64,000 nucleotides of DNA. Source: Candidatus Woesearchaeota archaeon (GTDB lineage Archaea; Nanobdellota; Nanobdellia; Woesearchaeales; UBA583). Every line of letters begins with the position of its first letter. The first letter of the stretch is position 1. Both the position numbers and the translations under genes were made by a program. The notes under the pieces are model-generated. The model saw only the letters and a list, made by a program, of their open reading frames with translations, had not been told where the DNA came from and did no database searches. The DNA is taken from the NCBI GenBank assembly GCA_965205335.1, contig OZ242164.1, forward strand, positions 384,001-448,000, in the 5' to 3' direction. Below are positions 47,011-56,965 of this stretch, one piece after another.

Positions 47011-49410
47011 TTATCCTACATTAACTTGTGAACCTTCTAAGTTGCCAGAACTTAATCTGCTAGCAGCTGCTGATGTATCAGCACCTGACCAACCATAGAC
47101 TAAAACGGAGTTCACACTCTCAAACATTCTAATCTGACCCTGTCCAGGAGATAAACCTGAAACAGCACCCATTGATGGGTATGGAAGGCTAAGTAGTTGA
47201 GCCGCAACCCTGTTAACAGCAGGACCTCCAACAACAATCATATTACTTGTTCCAGTAACCTGACTATCTAACAAAGGACCTGAGATTGCAAAAGTAACTG
47301 CTCCCTCTCTCATATCATTAACCTCTACATTTTTGTACATGCTTTCTCCTTTAAGTTCATCAGCTCTCTCTTCAGCCTCTTCCATTGTCATAAATGATTC
47401 AGACATAAACTCAGTTCTGTCGCCTCCACCAAATACAACTGATACTTCTGCTCTAACCTGCTCATCAGGAGTCATAATAATTACTTCTTCTTTATCATCA
47501 GAATCATACTCTACCATTACACCGTAACTATTAACGAAAGTCTTGAAATCATTACTATCTTCTTCGTTATCTTCCTCTCCATCATTTACCCAAACAACTT
47601 CTCCATCTGCAATAGTACTTAGTGTAGTTCTATCTGCATCATTTCTAAGCATTGGCTCGGCAATTTTAAACTCTTCATCCTCATCATCCCAAGTTATATC
47701 TATTCTAACGTAATTAACTTCATCTCCATCGTCATCATAGCTTACATCTCCTTCATCAACCACGAAATTAAGAGACGATTTATCATTAGCGCCTTCAGAA
47801 TCTGCTATTAATTCCAGATACAATTCATTTTCGAATGGGATAGCATTTCCAAGAACAGCATAATCTACTGTCATTTCATCGACTCCATTTGCATCTTTTT
47901 CAAATGCACCTCCTAATTCATCAACCCATTCTACAACTTTAACATCATCTAAGTCATCTCCTCTTAATAGTTCATCAAAGTCAGTTTCATAGTTGTTATC
48001 ATTAACGTTAGTAACTTCATACAAGAAAGCATCATCTTCATTACCTACTAAAAACGCTGTACCCTCAAGACTACTATTCACAACAAAACTTGGGATTTTA
48101 ACGCTTGAATCTTTGAAATGTAATCTATTCTCATCTCTATCACCTCTAACCCAGATGGTATCACTATCAGAGTGAAGTAAAGCTCGGTTAAGAGTTTCAC
48201 CTTCATCTGTTTCACCTGAAATTGTAATTTCATCACCGTCAGCAGTTAGTCTAACTTCACTATAATCAGGGTCATTAGTTCCTTCATACACTAATTCAAA
48301 TGCATCAAACAGAACATCTTTAAGAGAATCTCCTTCCTGCAATAGAACATCATCATCTACCCTATAAGTAATTATAATCTTATCTAAACCTTCTCCTTGA
48401 AACATTACATTAATATCGTATTCATCTTCATACATGTCATCAAAATCTTCATCGTTAACTTTAACTCTTCCTTCTTCAAGTGTAAGTTTAGAACCACCAA
48501 CAACTAAAACAGCATTACCTTTGGTATGCTGTGAACCTGAAACTAAATCTGTAATAGCAATTGTAAGTCCGCTTACATCTTCTGAGTCATATTCATCAAT
48601 TGACTGTGCATCACCATCAACTTCAAGTAAAACCTCATCATCATCTATATTCAGAACCTTAATATCATAAGTTCTTCCTCCAAATGGAACAGAGATGGAT
48701 GCACCCTCACTTAAAGCATACGTCTGAGAACCACCAGTTAAAACTAACTTGTTAATATCGCCACTATCATCAGTTCTAACGTCAGCGACAACAAACTCAT
48801 TGCCCATTATCTCTAATTCATGACCTATTAATTTATCTTTGTAATCCTCCTCTTTTAAAAGAGGAATATCACCATTTATATCTAAAGTGTATTCTGCAAA
48901 CTCTTCACCACTTTCATAGAAAATACCGTCAGTGATTTCTTCCACGCCATCAACTTCATCTTTTAAAGCATAGTTGAACTTTCCATTAAGTAAAAGTAAA
49001 GTCTGCTCATAATCTTCATCAGAAATGTCATTATCAAACCTCTTATCCTCTAATACATCAGTATCAGAGTCATCAAATCCTCCTGATTCTGCAACATTTT
49101 CAAGATCTTCACCAAAGTTTAATTCAGCATTAGATCTTACTGCATCTATCGTATCACCGCCTCCACCACTTGTGGATTTGATATAAGTAACCTCATATTT
49201 CATAGTCTCTGTCTTAAGAGAATCAATAATCATGTTAGCCGCAGTTGAATCAGAAGCCTGAGCCGCTGCACCTACTACAACATTAACTCCTGTATTATTA
49301 AAATTATCAGGATAATTGCTTAATCCAGCACCAAAAACCGCTGAACTTGCCATCACAGCAGATGTTGCCACTGCTGTAATTTTTCTCGTCGCTTTTGTAA
49401 AAGCTCCCAT
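47011..49410 (-). CDS. S-layer protein
   Basis: Signal peptide (RKITAVATSAVM), LSNYP...VVVGAAAQASD N-terminal motif, NMIVVGGPAVNRVAAQLL and VYGWSGADT C-terminal motifs, very acidic. Confidence 0.9.
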   Translation of the reverse strand: MGAFTKATRKITAVATSAVMASSAVFGAGLSNYPDNFNNTGVNVVVGAAAQASDSTAANMIIDSLKTETMKYEVTYIKSTSGGGGDTIDAVRSNAELNFGEDLENVAESGGFDDSDTDVLEDKRFDNDISDEDYEQTLLLLNGKFNYALKDEVDGVEEITDGIFYESGEEFAEYTLDINGDIPLLKEEDYKDKLIGHELEIMGNEFVVADVRTDDSGDINKLVLTGGSQTYALSEGASISVPFGGRTYDIKVLNIDDDEVLLEVDGDAQSIDEYDSEDVSGLTIAITDLVSGSQHTKGNAVLVVGGSKLTLEEGRVKVNDEDFDDMYEDEYDINVMFQGEGLDKIIITYRVDDDVLLQEGDSLKDVLFDAFELVYEGTNDPDYSEVRLTADGDEITISGETDEGETLNRALLHSDSDTIWVRGDRDENRLHFKDSSVKIPSFVVNSSLEGTAFLVGNEDDAFLYEVTNVNDNNYETDFDELLRGDDLDDVKVVEWVDELGGAFEKDANGVDEMTVDYAVLGNAIPFENELYLELIADSEGANDKSSLNFVVDEGDVSYDDDGDEVNYVRIDITWDDEDEEFKIAEPMLRNDADRTTLSTIADGEVVWVNDGEEDNEEDSNDFKTFVNSYGVMVEYDSDDKEEVIIMTPDEQVRAEVSVVFGGGDRTEFMSESFMTMEEAEERADELKGESMYKNVEVNDMREGAVTFAISGPLLDSQVTGTSNMIVVGGPAVNRVAAQLLSLPYPSMGAVSGLSPGQGQIRMFESVNSVLVYGWSGADTSAAASRLSSGNLEGSQVNVG

Positions 49411-49781
49411 TTTTCTTTTTTTATTAATATTTTAAACCTCTCTATTTCTTACAACATAATTTATATTTCACAAAATATTAAAAAATGTAGTAATCCCTCT
49501 TTAATGATAAAACCCCAATAGTGACTAACAGATATAAAAATATAAGGACAAACAATCTTCTTCTCCATTCATACAGTTTCAAAATTTAACCACTCAAAAT
49601 CACTCAAGTTTATGTTATTTATAAAATTCTCTCCTCTTTTTCTTTGGTTATCAGTCAATTTGTTAGTTCTTCTTTTGAGAACCACCTATATAATACTTTG
49701 CCGACTTTTTTTTCTAATCAAACAAAAAATTTAGTTTGATGTTCATTAGGTTTTATAAATAAACAAACTTCCTAATATATT

Positions 49782-49916
49782 ATGACAGACAAAGAATTAA
49801 AAAAGATATTTTCAAAAAGAGGCAAGAAATATATTCCTCTTGATTTTGGTGGTAGAATGCCAAGTTTTAGAGAGTTTGAGAAAAAATTTAATGAGGCTGC
49901 TGAAAATATAAGTTAG
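49782..49916 (+). CDS. Small putative antitoxin, 44 aa
   Basis: Not in the ORF track: MTDKELKKIFSKRGKKYIPLDFGGRMPSFREFEKKFNEAAENIS*. TATA about 22 nt upstream; precedes the RelE-like gene. Confidence 0.5.
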   Translation: MTDKELKKIFSKRGKKYIPLDFGGRMPSFREFEKKFNEAAENIS

Positions 49917-49933
49917 TTGTTCTTTTATTTAAA

Positions 49934-50263
49934 ATGGAGAAGGAAATTAGATTATATTATATAGAGATAGATGAAAAAGTAATGAAGGAAATTAATAAGT
50001 TGGATAAACAATTAAAAAAAAGATGTCTTAGAAAGATCAGACAACTTACTGAAAATCCTGCACCTACAAATAAAAAAGATATATTGAAGATAGTTGGTAG
50101 ATATATGTTATGCAAACTTTCGGTAGATAAAATCAGAATTTATTATGAAGTTGGGCGTGGTCATGTGATTATTAAGAGTATAGGATATGATGGAAGAGTA
50201 AATGTTAATTACTTATATAATCAGGTAATAAGAATTACCCAAATCAACAGAGAGATTTTATGA
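49934..50263 (+). CDS. RelE/ParE-like toxin
   Basis: YYIEIDEKVMKEINKLDKQLKKRCLRKIRQLTENP...KIRIYY. Confidence 0.7.
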   Translation: MEKEIRLYYIEIDEKVMKEINKLDKQLKKRCLRKIRQLTENPAPTNKKDILKIVGRYMLCKLSVDKIRIYYEVGRGHVIIKSIGYDGRVNVNYLYNQVIRITQINREIL

Positions 50264-50357
50264 AAAAGTTTTAATATTTTTTGTAAGTAATTTAGCTAAA
50301 TCAGTATTATTCATAAGTTATATATAAAGAGTTTTGCCGATAATTCCTTCAAAGTTA

Positions 50358-51344
50358 TTACCTGTCCACATGCTCTATTGTAATACTTGTTCCAATTCTA
50401 TCCCAATAATCATACTTAAGAGTAATAATTGCAGGCTTCTCATACTCTCTCTCCCCTGTTGTATCCTGAACGCAAGTTACAGTATACCTACTTCCCGTTA
50501 AAATAATGGTATTATTTCCAGTTCCAGTACCATCACAATCAACACCATCAAGCCCAGAATTAAAAGAATAAGCAATCCTATTCTTCTTTCCTAAAGACTC
50601 AACACTTGTTGGACTATGCCCATTAATATTACAATCCAAATCAATTGAACCTCTCTCATACAAACCAGCATTAGCACTTGTCGGGGTATGGACAATATCA
50701 AACTGGACAAAAATACTTGAAGCCCCATACGGAGACTGCTTAACTTTCTCAATATGAACAGGTGCTCCCGAATTTGAAAAAGCCCTCTCAGAACTCAACT
50801 CACAAATCTCAGCACTCTTATCAAGATTAGTTGTCGTATCCCCATTAATGCACAGCAAAGTAAACGCTCTCGTCTCATAAGGATAACATACATTAGCATA
50901 AATAGTTCTGGAAACCGCACCTGAAATAACCGATTCCGTATACTTCAAATTACTAAAAATAACCTGCTGGGTTCTTCCCTCAATAACATTACTTCCTTGT
51001 TTCTTAAACCCATTCATAGGAGGAATGATTTTAGATATTCCCTCATTTGTCAAACCCAAATCCTCAGGCTTAAACCCTGCTAAAACAACATATGCCTCAT
51101 TCTCACCAATATCAAACTCCCCCTGATTCTTAAGCCGAACTATCACCTGAAAAGGTTGCAACTCCTGATCCCGAACAATCCCAGGAGGTGCATTCTCCAA
51201 AAACTCAAAAAAAAGACCACTACTCCCTCCATTAAAACTCTCAATCTCATAACTGCCCTGTCTGACCTCACCATCTGATGTGCAGGATGCAAACAAAACC
51301 ATAACAGACATAACCAAAATCAAAAAAATATTTCTCCTCATCAT
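50358..51344 (-). CDS. DPANN-type lipoprotein
   Basis: Lipobox-like LFASC; FEFLENAPP, VCYPYETRA..LCI, SNSGAPVHI, LKYDY. Paralogous to 61345-62226. Confidence 0.75.
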   Translation of the reverse strand: MMRRNIFLILVMSVMVLFASCTSDGEVRQGSYEIESFNGGSSGLFFEFLENAPPGIVRDQELQPFQVIVRLKNQGEFDIGENEAYVVLAGFKPEDLGLTNEGISKIIPPMNGFKKQGSNVIEGRTQQVIFSNLKYTESVISGAVSRTIYANVCYPYETRAFTLLCINGDTTTNLDKSAEICELSSERAFSNSGAPVHIEKVKQSPYGASSIFVQFDIVHTPTSANAGLYERGSIDLDCNINGHSPTSVESLGKKNRIAYSFNSGLDGVDCDGTGTGNNTIILTGSRYTVTCVQDTTGEREYEKPAIITLKYDYWDRIGTSITIEHVDR

Positions 51345-52021
51345 CCTTCTCTAAGACCTCCTTCTTTACGGGCTTCCTCTCCCTGCTTCATTTTCCCCAG
51401 AGTTTTCCTTGCACTATGTTCTTCTTCCTCATCCCCGCTAATATACCAGAAGAACAATCCGAAAATAATAAGAATATACAGCAAAGGATCAGAAAAAAAC
51501 TCATGCATACCCGAACCGTCAAATCCATCCCATCCAAATCCTCTCGCATAATAATAAATCACAACCAAAACACCTAAAAATCCAAGCACATACCTAAGCC
51601 AATTATTTCCTTCCTCCTTACTTCCGAAGAACTTAGTCAAATCAACACCAAGCATTGCGGCGATAATATAAAGAGCTAAAATCCCAAGCGAAAAAGCTGT
51701 AACACCTGGAAACAAAGAAATCATCAAATCCCCTACAGTACACTGCCCCCCGAAAATACTATATGAACTACTATGATACCCGCACGAAGTCTCATCCGTT
51801 ATGGGAAATGAAACCGCAACAAGAGAAAAAACCAATGCTATAATAACCTTAACAGGTTTTTTATCCGCAAAAATCTCAACCTTACTCAATATCGTGAAGA
51901 CTATTGCATAAATAAGCAAAAAAGGAAAAACAAAATGAAACCAACCATAAGCCTCAAGATCATACAGAAAACTTGCAAAATCTACTTCCCTTAACCAATC
52001 ACTAATTGATGATGAAGCCAT
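51341..52021 (-). CDS. Conserved DPANN membrane protein
   Basis: FPFLLIYAIVFTIL...IIALVFSL motif, multiple TMs. Confidence 0.75.
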   Translation of the reverse strand: MASSSISDWLREVDFASFLYDLEAYGWFHFVFPFLLIYAIVFTILSKVEIFADKKPVKVIIALVFSLVAVSFPITDETSCGYHSSSYSIFGGQCTVGDLMISLFPGVTAFSLGILALYIIAAMLGVDLTKFFGSKEEGNNWLRYVLGFLGVLVVIYYYARGFGWDGFDGSGMHEFFSDPLLYILIIFGLFFWYISGDEEEEHSARKTLGKMKQGEEARKEGGLREG

Positions 52022-52086
52022 AATTATCTCTTAAAACCAAGACTTTATAAAATTTTGTTACTGATCTAAAATACAAACACTAAAAA

Positions 52087-52971
52087 CTACCAATCCTCAT
52101 CCCCGTAAAGTTCCTTCCATTTCTTCTTTTTATCCTGATACTTTTGATCTAAAACATCATACACCCTTGACTCATAAAGCTTGGGAACATTCCCCCCACG
52201 CAATTTCTTATACTCTTCAATAGCCTTCTCTGCATTAATCAAATCAGTTCTTAAATCTCCACGATGAGCATCCTTTCCAGAAGTTAGCCATGATATAAGA
52301 AGCACAATCAAAACCAAAATAAAAATAATAGGATCAAAAATAAAATCTAACACTGACTGTTCCCCATAATTCCACACATAAACTCCAACAATAAATATAA
52401 GAAGAGAACCCCATCCCCACAAACCAACCATCATAAAAAAAGCCCCAAAAACAAAAAGTACAACCGCTATAACGACATTCCAATAAGACCTTGTATCAAG
52501 AGGGTCAAAGTCCCACATACCAAAAACTATTCCTAAATAAAACACAATAGCACCAAGTCCTATTACTCCAACCACAAAATAAACATGAGTAGAAACATCC
52601 TTCTTAAACATTCCTCTAAAAAAATCCTGCCCAAACAAAGAACCAACAATATACAAAGTTAAAATACCTATTGTCAAAGCTGAAATATTTGGGAACATCA
52701 TAATAAGCAAATCCCCTGCCCTATACCCTGAACTTATCTCAAACCAAACACTAATAGAAGACACAACCAACGCAACAATAAAAACAACAGGCTTTATGGG
52801 TTCTCCTGTCTCCTTCTTCTGGAAAATCTGAACATAAGTCAAAACCGTATACATAACCGCAAAAATTAACAAAAAGGGAAACAATAAAGTATAATACTCA
52901 TAATCCAAAAAAATCCTATGAATTTGGGAAAAATCAAGTTGTCTCAATACCTCTGACACACTACTTACCAT
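52087..52971 (-). CDS. Conserved DPANN membrane protein (paralog of 51341-52021)
   Basis: FPFLLIFAVMYTVL...GDLLIMMFP...DPIIFIL is shared with the neighbour. Confidence 0.75.
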   Translation of the reverse strand: MVSSVSEVLRQLDFSQIHRIFLDYEYYTLLFPFLLIFAVMYTVLTYVQIFQKKETGEPIKPVVFIVALVVSSISVWFEISSGYRAGDLLIMMFPNISALTIGILTLYIVGSLFGQDFFRGMFKKDVSTHVYFVVGVIGLGAIVFYLGIVFGMWDFDPLDTRSYWNVVIAVVLFVFGAFFMMVGLWGWGSLLIFIVGVYVWNYGEQSVLDFIFDPIIFILVLIVLLISWLTSGKDAHRGDLRTDLINAEKAIEEYKKLRGGNVPKLYESRVYDVLDQKYQDKKKKWKELYGDEDW

Positions 52972-53052
52972 ACAAATCTACAATAAAAGCAATATATAAA
53001 TCTTTTTACTCACTAACTCACCATATTAAATACTTAAACTAAAAACAAAAAC

Positions 53053-53283
53053 CTATCTCTTTTTAGAGTATCTCCTCTTCCCATGTCCCTCAATATCTTC
53101 AAGAATTCTCTCCTCGTCAATCAAAGTCCTCTCAACCATCTTCTCAATATTTCTGTCAATATTTTGAATATATCTTTGAGTTGTAATAACATGTTTCAAT
53201 GAATAAATTAAAACCATCATCATTGCCAAAATCGTCCAAAACATAACATAAAACATAAAGTTTTCTTCTACTGTCATACTCAA
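53053..53283 (-). CDS. Small single-TM protein
   Basis: N-terminal TM followed by a coiled segment; GGAGG RBS-like upstream. Confidence 0.7.
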   Translation of the reverse strand: MSMTVEENFMFYVMFWTILAMMMVLIYSLKHVITTQRYIQNIDRNIEKMVERTLIDEERILEDIEGHGKRRYSKKR

Positions 53284-53402
53284 AAAGCACCTCCTATAAC
53301 TTGAACCCTACATAACTCCTTCTCTAAAAATGTTTTTATCATTTTAAAAATACATTATGAAAAAAGTATAAATCCATTTGCCTTAACTTAAAAGTAAAAA
53401 AA

Positions 53403-53477
53403 CGACTCCGCCGAGATTCGAACTCGGGACCTATAGCTTAGGAGGCTATCGCTCTATCCAAACTGAGCTACGGAGCC
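53403..53477 (-). tRNA. tRNA-Arg(CCU)
   Basis: GGCTCCG-TA-GCTC-AGTTTGGATA-GAGC-G-ATAGC-CT-CCT-AA-GCTAT-AGGTC-CCGAG-TTCGAAT-CTCGG-CGGAGTC-G. Confidence 0.96.
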
Positions 53478-53566
53478 ACAAAAAAAAACAAAACCAAACC
53501 AATTAAAAACCTTTTCATATCCTGCCCAATCCCATCCCATCCAAACCAACTCAATATAACTAATCT

Positions 53567-54865
53567 CTAAGACTTCCACCTGTAAATCTCAAGCAACCTA
53601 TTATACTTGGCAACTCTCTCCCCTCGCGCTGGTGCTCCTAACTTAATCGGACATCCCATTGCAACAGCCAAATCAGAAATAAACGCATCTGTTGTCTCAC
53701 CTGACCTGTGCGAAACTATAACCTGCCACTTCTTAGACATAGCTAACCTAAATGCCTCTATGCTCTCACTCAAAGATCCAATCTGATTTATCTTAAGCAA
53801 AAGAGAATTACACAACTTCATCCTCAAAGCCTCCTTAATCCTATCAGTATTTGTTACAAGCAAATCATCTCCAACAACCATCAACTCTGCCTTATTATTA
53901 ATAGGATTAACAAAACCCAACTTCTTTTTCCTCATAACTTTCATAAAATAAGAAAAAGCATTCTTATCCTCCTCATCAAAAGGATCTTCAATTGAAATAA
54001 TTGGATACTTATCAATTAAATTCTCATAATACTTTGAAAGTTCCTTATAACTTAAAAACAATCCACTCTCAATCTCATACTTCCTTTTTGCAATATCATA
54101 CAAATCAGATGCCGCAACATCAAGAGCTATAAAAACATAATCCCCATAATTTGACTTATCTATAGCCTCAACCAACAAACCAAGTGCTTCATCAGGCTTA
54201 GAAATATCTGGAGCAAACCCTCCCTCATCACCAACAGAACTCTGACTTCTGCCGTATCTCTCCTCTATCAGCCCCTTTAAAGTATGATAAATCTCACAAA
54301 CCGCTTTTACATTACTCTCAAAAGAATCAAAATTAGGAACTATCATAAACTCCTGAATATTTAAACTATTACCACTGTGCAAACCCCCATTAATAACATT
54401 TGAAAAAAGAGCAGTATTTGATAACCTCATCTCTGATTTGCCCTTAAAACTCTTCCCATTTACTAACCTATAAAGATACTCACTTAAACTTAAGTTATAA
54501 AATTTAGCGGATGCCTTTGCAAAAGCAATACTAATTCCCAAAACATTATTTGCACCTAAAACAGACTTATTCTCTGTCCCATCAATCATAAGAAGTTTTC
54601 TATCCAGCCCTTCCTGCGTAAAATTCTTCCCAATCAATTCATACTTAATCTCCTCAATAATATTAATTGCCCTTAGAACTCCCATCCCGAAAAAAGCATT
54701 CATATTGCCATCTCGAAGTTCAAGAGCCTCTGACCTTCCCTTTGACGCTCCGCTTGGAACTTGAAAACTTCCCGCTGAGCCATCCTCAAGCATAACATCC
54801 ACCTGCAAAGTTGGATTTCCCCTTGAATCTAAAACCTGTAAACCTTTCAAATCTATTATCTTCAT
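53567..54865 (-). CDS. eno: Enolase
   Basis: LDSRGNPT, VPSGAS, VGDEGGFAP, VGDDLLVTN, LLKINQIG, SHRSGET, ERVAKYNRLL. Confidence 0.97.
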   Translation of the reverse strand: MKIIDLKGLQVLDSRGNPTLQVDVMLEDGSAGSFQVPSGASKGRSEALELRDGNMNAFFGMGVLRAINIIEEIKYELIGKNFTQEGLDRKLLMIDGTENKSVLGANNVLGISIAFAKASAKFYNLSLSEYLYRLVNGKSFKGKSEMRLSNTALFSNVINGGLHSGNSLNIQEFMIVPNFDSFESNVKAVCEIYHTLKGLIEERYGRSQSSVGDEGGFAPDISKPDEALGLLVEAIDKSNYGDYVFIALDVAASDLYDIAKRKYEIESGLFLSYKELSKYYENLIDKYPIISIEDPFDEEDKNAFSYFMKVMRKKKLGFVNPINNKAELMVVGDDLLVTNTDRIKEALRMKLCNSLLLKINQIGSLSESIEAFRLAMSKKWQVIVSHRSGETTDAFISDLAVAMGCPIKLGAPARGERVAKYNRLLEIYRWKS

Positions 54866-54921
54866 AAAAAAAAAACCAAACTAAAATTTATGTAGTTTTA
54901 TAACTACTGCAAATAAAAGAA

Positions 54922-55146
54922 TTAATCCCGTGCAACCTTACTAATAGCCTCAACTATACTATCTGTCTTATCCCTTGTAAACAAAATATTTGTCTTATAC
55001 CTCTTCTGTCCATCATCTGTTGTCCAGCCTTTGGAAATGCCAACAAACAAATTATCTCTTTCAGGGTGTCTTTTCAAAGTAATCTCAATGAAATTATTAC
55101 CCCCTGCCTCAACCTCTTCTCTCTTTAATGTTTCCCATTCAGACAT
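54922..55146 (-). CDS. Small conserved protein, possibly PC4/Whirly-like ssDNA-binding fold
   Basis: NNFIEITLK...FVGISKGWTTDDGQKRYK..ILF beta-rich pattern; the fold is an inference. Confidence 0.55.
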   Translation of the reverse strand: MSEWETLKREEVEAGGNNFIEITLKRHPERDNLFVGISKGWTTDDGQKRYKTNILFTRDKTDSIVEAISKVARD

Positions 55147-55211
55147 TTTCTATTCATCTCTTCTAGCACTATAAGGAGAATATCACTTATTTAAAAACTT
55201 ATCGGGAACTA

Positions 55212-55296
55212 GGTTCTGTTAAATTTGATGGAAATTCAAAACAAATTTGAAGTTCCCACAACTCAGAATAAGAAAAACTAATTTATGGACAAAGCC
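55212..55296. mobile_element. Degenerate IS6/MITE-like ends at the left edge of the accessory island
   Basis: GGTTCTGTTAAATTT at 55212 and AATTTATGGACAAAGCC (3 mismatches to the MITE right TIR) ending at 55296; another GGTTCTGTT at ~55307. Confidence 0.4.
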
Positions 55297-55362
55297 CTTA
55301 ACATAGGGTTCTGTTTGTTTTTAGGGGGATGGTTGCTTTTTGAATTAATTTTTTTATAAGAA

Positions 55363-55680
55363 TTAAACTTCTATCTTTCTTAGAACATTATTATTTATAT
55401 AATTTACAGTTTCTTTCATTGGTTCAGGTTGATTTTTAACTAATTCCCATTTTTCATTGTAGCTCATTTTTTGTATTTCATATTCTCTTTTTATCGCTTC
55501 TTTTCTATTCTTTACTTCTTCTTGATATATCATTTGTACAAATCCGCATGCTCTAATATACATTGATGAACTTCTTCCTTCTTTATAATGTTGTATTATT
55601 CTTCTAAATGAATTGTTTGTTTGTCCAACATATAGAGCACCATTTTTACACAATATTATATAAACATAATAAGGTTTCAT
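55363..55680 (-). CDS. GIY-YIG nuclease (UPF0213-like)
   Basis: YYVYIILCKNGALYVGQTNN..RRIIQH, EAIKREYEIQK. Confidence 0.9.
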   Translation of the reverse strand: MKPYYVYIILCKNGALYVGQTNNSFRRIIQHYKEGRSSSMYIRACGFVQMIYQEEVKNRKEAIKREYEIQKMSYNEKWELVKNQPEPMKETVNYINNNVLRKIEV

Positions 55681-55856
55681 AACTTATCAGTAATAACTTT
55701 ATATTTATAAAATTACCGAACATTGAAGAAAAAGAATAATTAGGAATGGCGATGAGAGAGTTTTAATCCTTGAAATTTAATTACCTTATAGAAGTAATAA
55801 AAAACTTTATAAGTTTGAGAATCTTATCTATAATAGAATAGTTAGAAATTTAATAA

Positions 55857-56084
55857 ATGTTGGTGGTTAAGATGACAAATATAAATACAGAAAAAGAGGG
55901 AGAACGAATCGTAAGTGTAATTAAACATATGAAAGGTTCAGATATAAAGAATATAAAACTTAAAAAAGAAAAAGGTATTAAAGACACAGACAATGTTAAA
56001 TTAGTTGTAAAAGAAAACTCGCCAAGAAGATTAGATTATGTTAAATCGCAAGGAAGAATGTCTGATTTAATTAATTCTTTATAA
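55857..56084 (+). CDS. Hypothetical small basic protein
   Basis: 75-aa ORF in an apparent operon with 56092-56637. Confidence 0.5.
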   Translation: MLVVKMTNINTEKEGERIVSVIKHMKGSDIKNIKLKKEKGIKDTDNVKLVVKENSPRRLDYVKSQGRMSDLINSL

Positions 56085-56091
56085 TTTTAAG

Positions 56092-56637
56092 ATGTTAGAT
56101 GAATATGATTTAAGTAGTGTTTCTATAATTAATGATGGTTCATTATATACTATATCTGAGAATATAAAAAGTAAGATCTATTCCTTATATGATAATAATT
56201 TAGCCGACATATTAAGTAAATTATCAAAAGAAGAACTTTATATTCTTGTTTTCTTTGATGAATTTTGGGAAGGAGATAATAAAATTATTTTAGCATCATG
56301 GAAATATGATGAAATAATGAGAAGTTTAAGAATAAAAAGAAAACATCAAGATAAGAAAGAAAGTAGAGAATCTAATTTTGAAGATTTATTTTTAAGGTCA
56401 AGTGTCATTGATATACAAACAAATATCAAAGAAGATTTAATATTTATTAAAAAAATCAATGAATTAATAAATAGAGATGAAAAGAATGGTAAATTTTTAA
56501 TATTAACAAATAATGAGAAAATAGTTGATAATAAAAAAGTATTTTCAATATCTAAATTTTGTGAAGAATTAAAGAAAGTACCTGATTTTATGAAAATAAT
56601 TAAAGATAAATATACCATTGAACCTAACAATCCATAA
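56092..56637 (+). CDS. Hypothetical protein (possibly a degenerate PIN-like fold)
   Basis: 181-aa ORF; IINDGS...EDLIF...LILTNN pattern is only weakly PIN-like. Confidence 0.5.
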   Translation: MLDEYDLSSVSIINDGSLYTISENIKSKIYSLYDNNLADILSKLSKEELYILVFFDEFWEGDNKIILASWKYDEIMRSLRIKRKHQDKKESRESNFEDLFLRSSVIDIQTNIKEDLIFIKKINELINRDEKNGKFLILTNNEKIVDNKKVFSISKFCEELKKVPDFMKIIKDKYTIEPNNP

Positions 56638-56717
56638 TCACACTTCTTTCTAATCTTTCATAGTAACTAATACTTTTCCTTATCAGTTAATTTACTTTCT
56701 GAATATCCCAATATGGT

Positions 56718-56879
56718 CTACTTCAACTTAATTCTCAACACATCTCTTTCTATCTTTGCTTCTAATTCATTCCCTGTTTTCCAATTTAACTCTTTAACTA
56801 TCTCATTAGGTATAACTACCCAATGTTTTCTATATTCTTTATCTTTGTGAACTCTGCTTATTTGACTCTGTAATTTCAT
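56718..56879 (-). CDS. AbrB/MazE-like DNA-binding protein, 53 aa
   Basis: Not in the ORF track: MKLQSQISRVHKDKEYRKHWVVIPNEIVKELNWKTGNELEAKIERDVLRIKLK*, with the VVIP..IVKELxWKxGxEL motif. Confidence 0.85.
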   Translation of the reverse strand: MKLQSQISRVHKDKEYRKHWVVIPNEIVKELNWKTGNELEAKIERDVLRIKLK

Positions 56880-56890
56880 AATACTTAATA

Positions 56891-56958
56891 TTAGATACCT
56901 ATTCTTTATAAACCTTTCGGTATCTAAAACGATAATTTTATAAATATGGTTAGATACC
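56891..56958. promoter_or_regulatory. Three TTAGATACC boxes interleaved with divergent TATA boxes (putative operator)
   Basis: TTAGATACC 56891-56899, GGTATCTAA 56919-56927, TTAGATACC 56950-56958; TTTATAAA at ~56905 and ~56937. Confidence 0.7.
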
Positions 56959-56965
56959 TAACATT

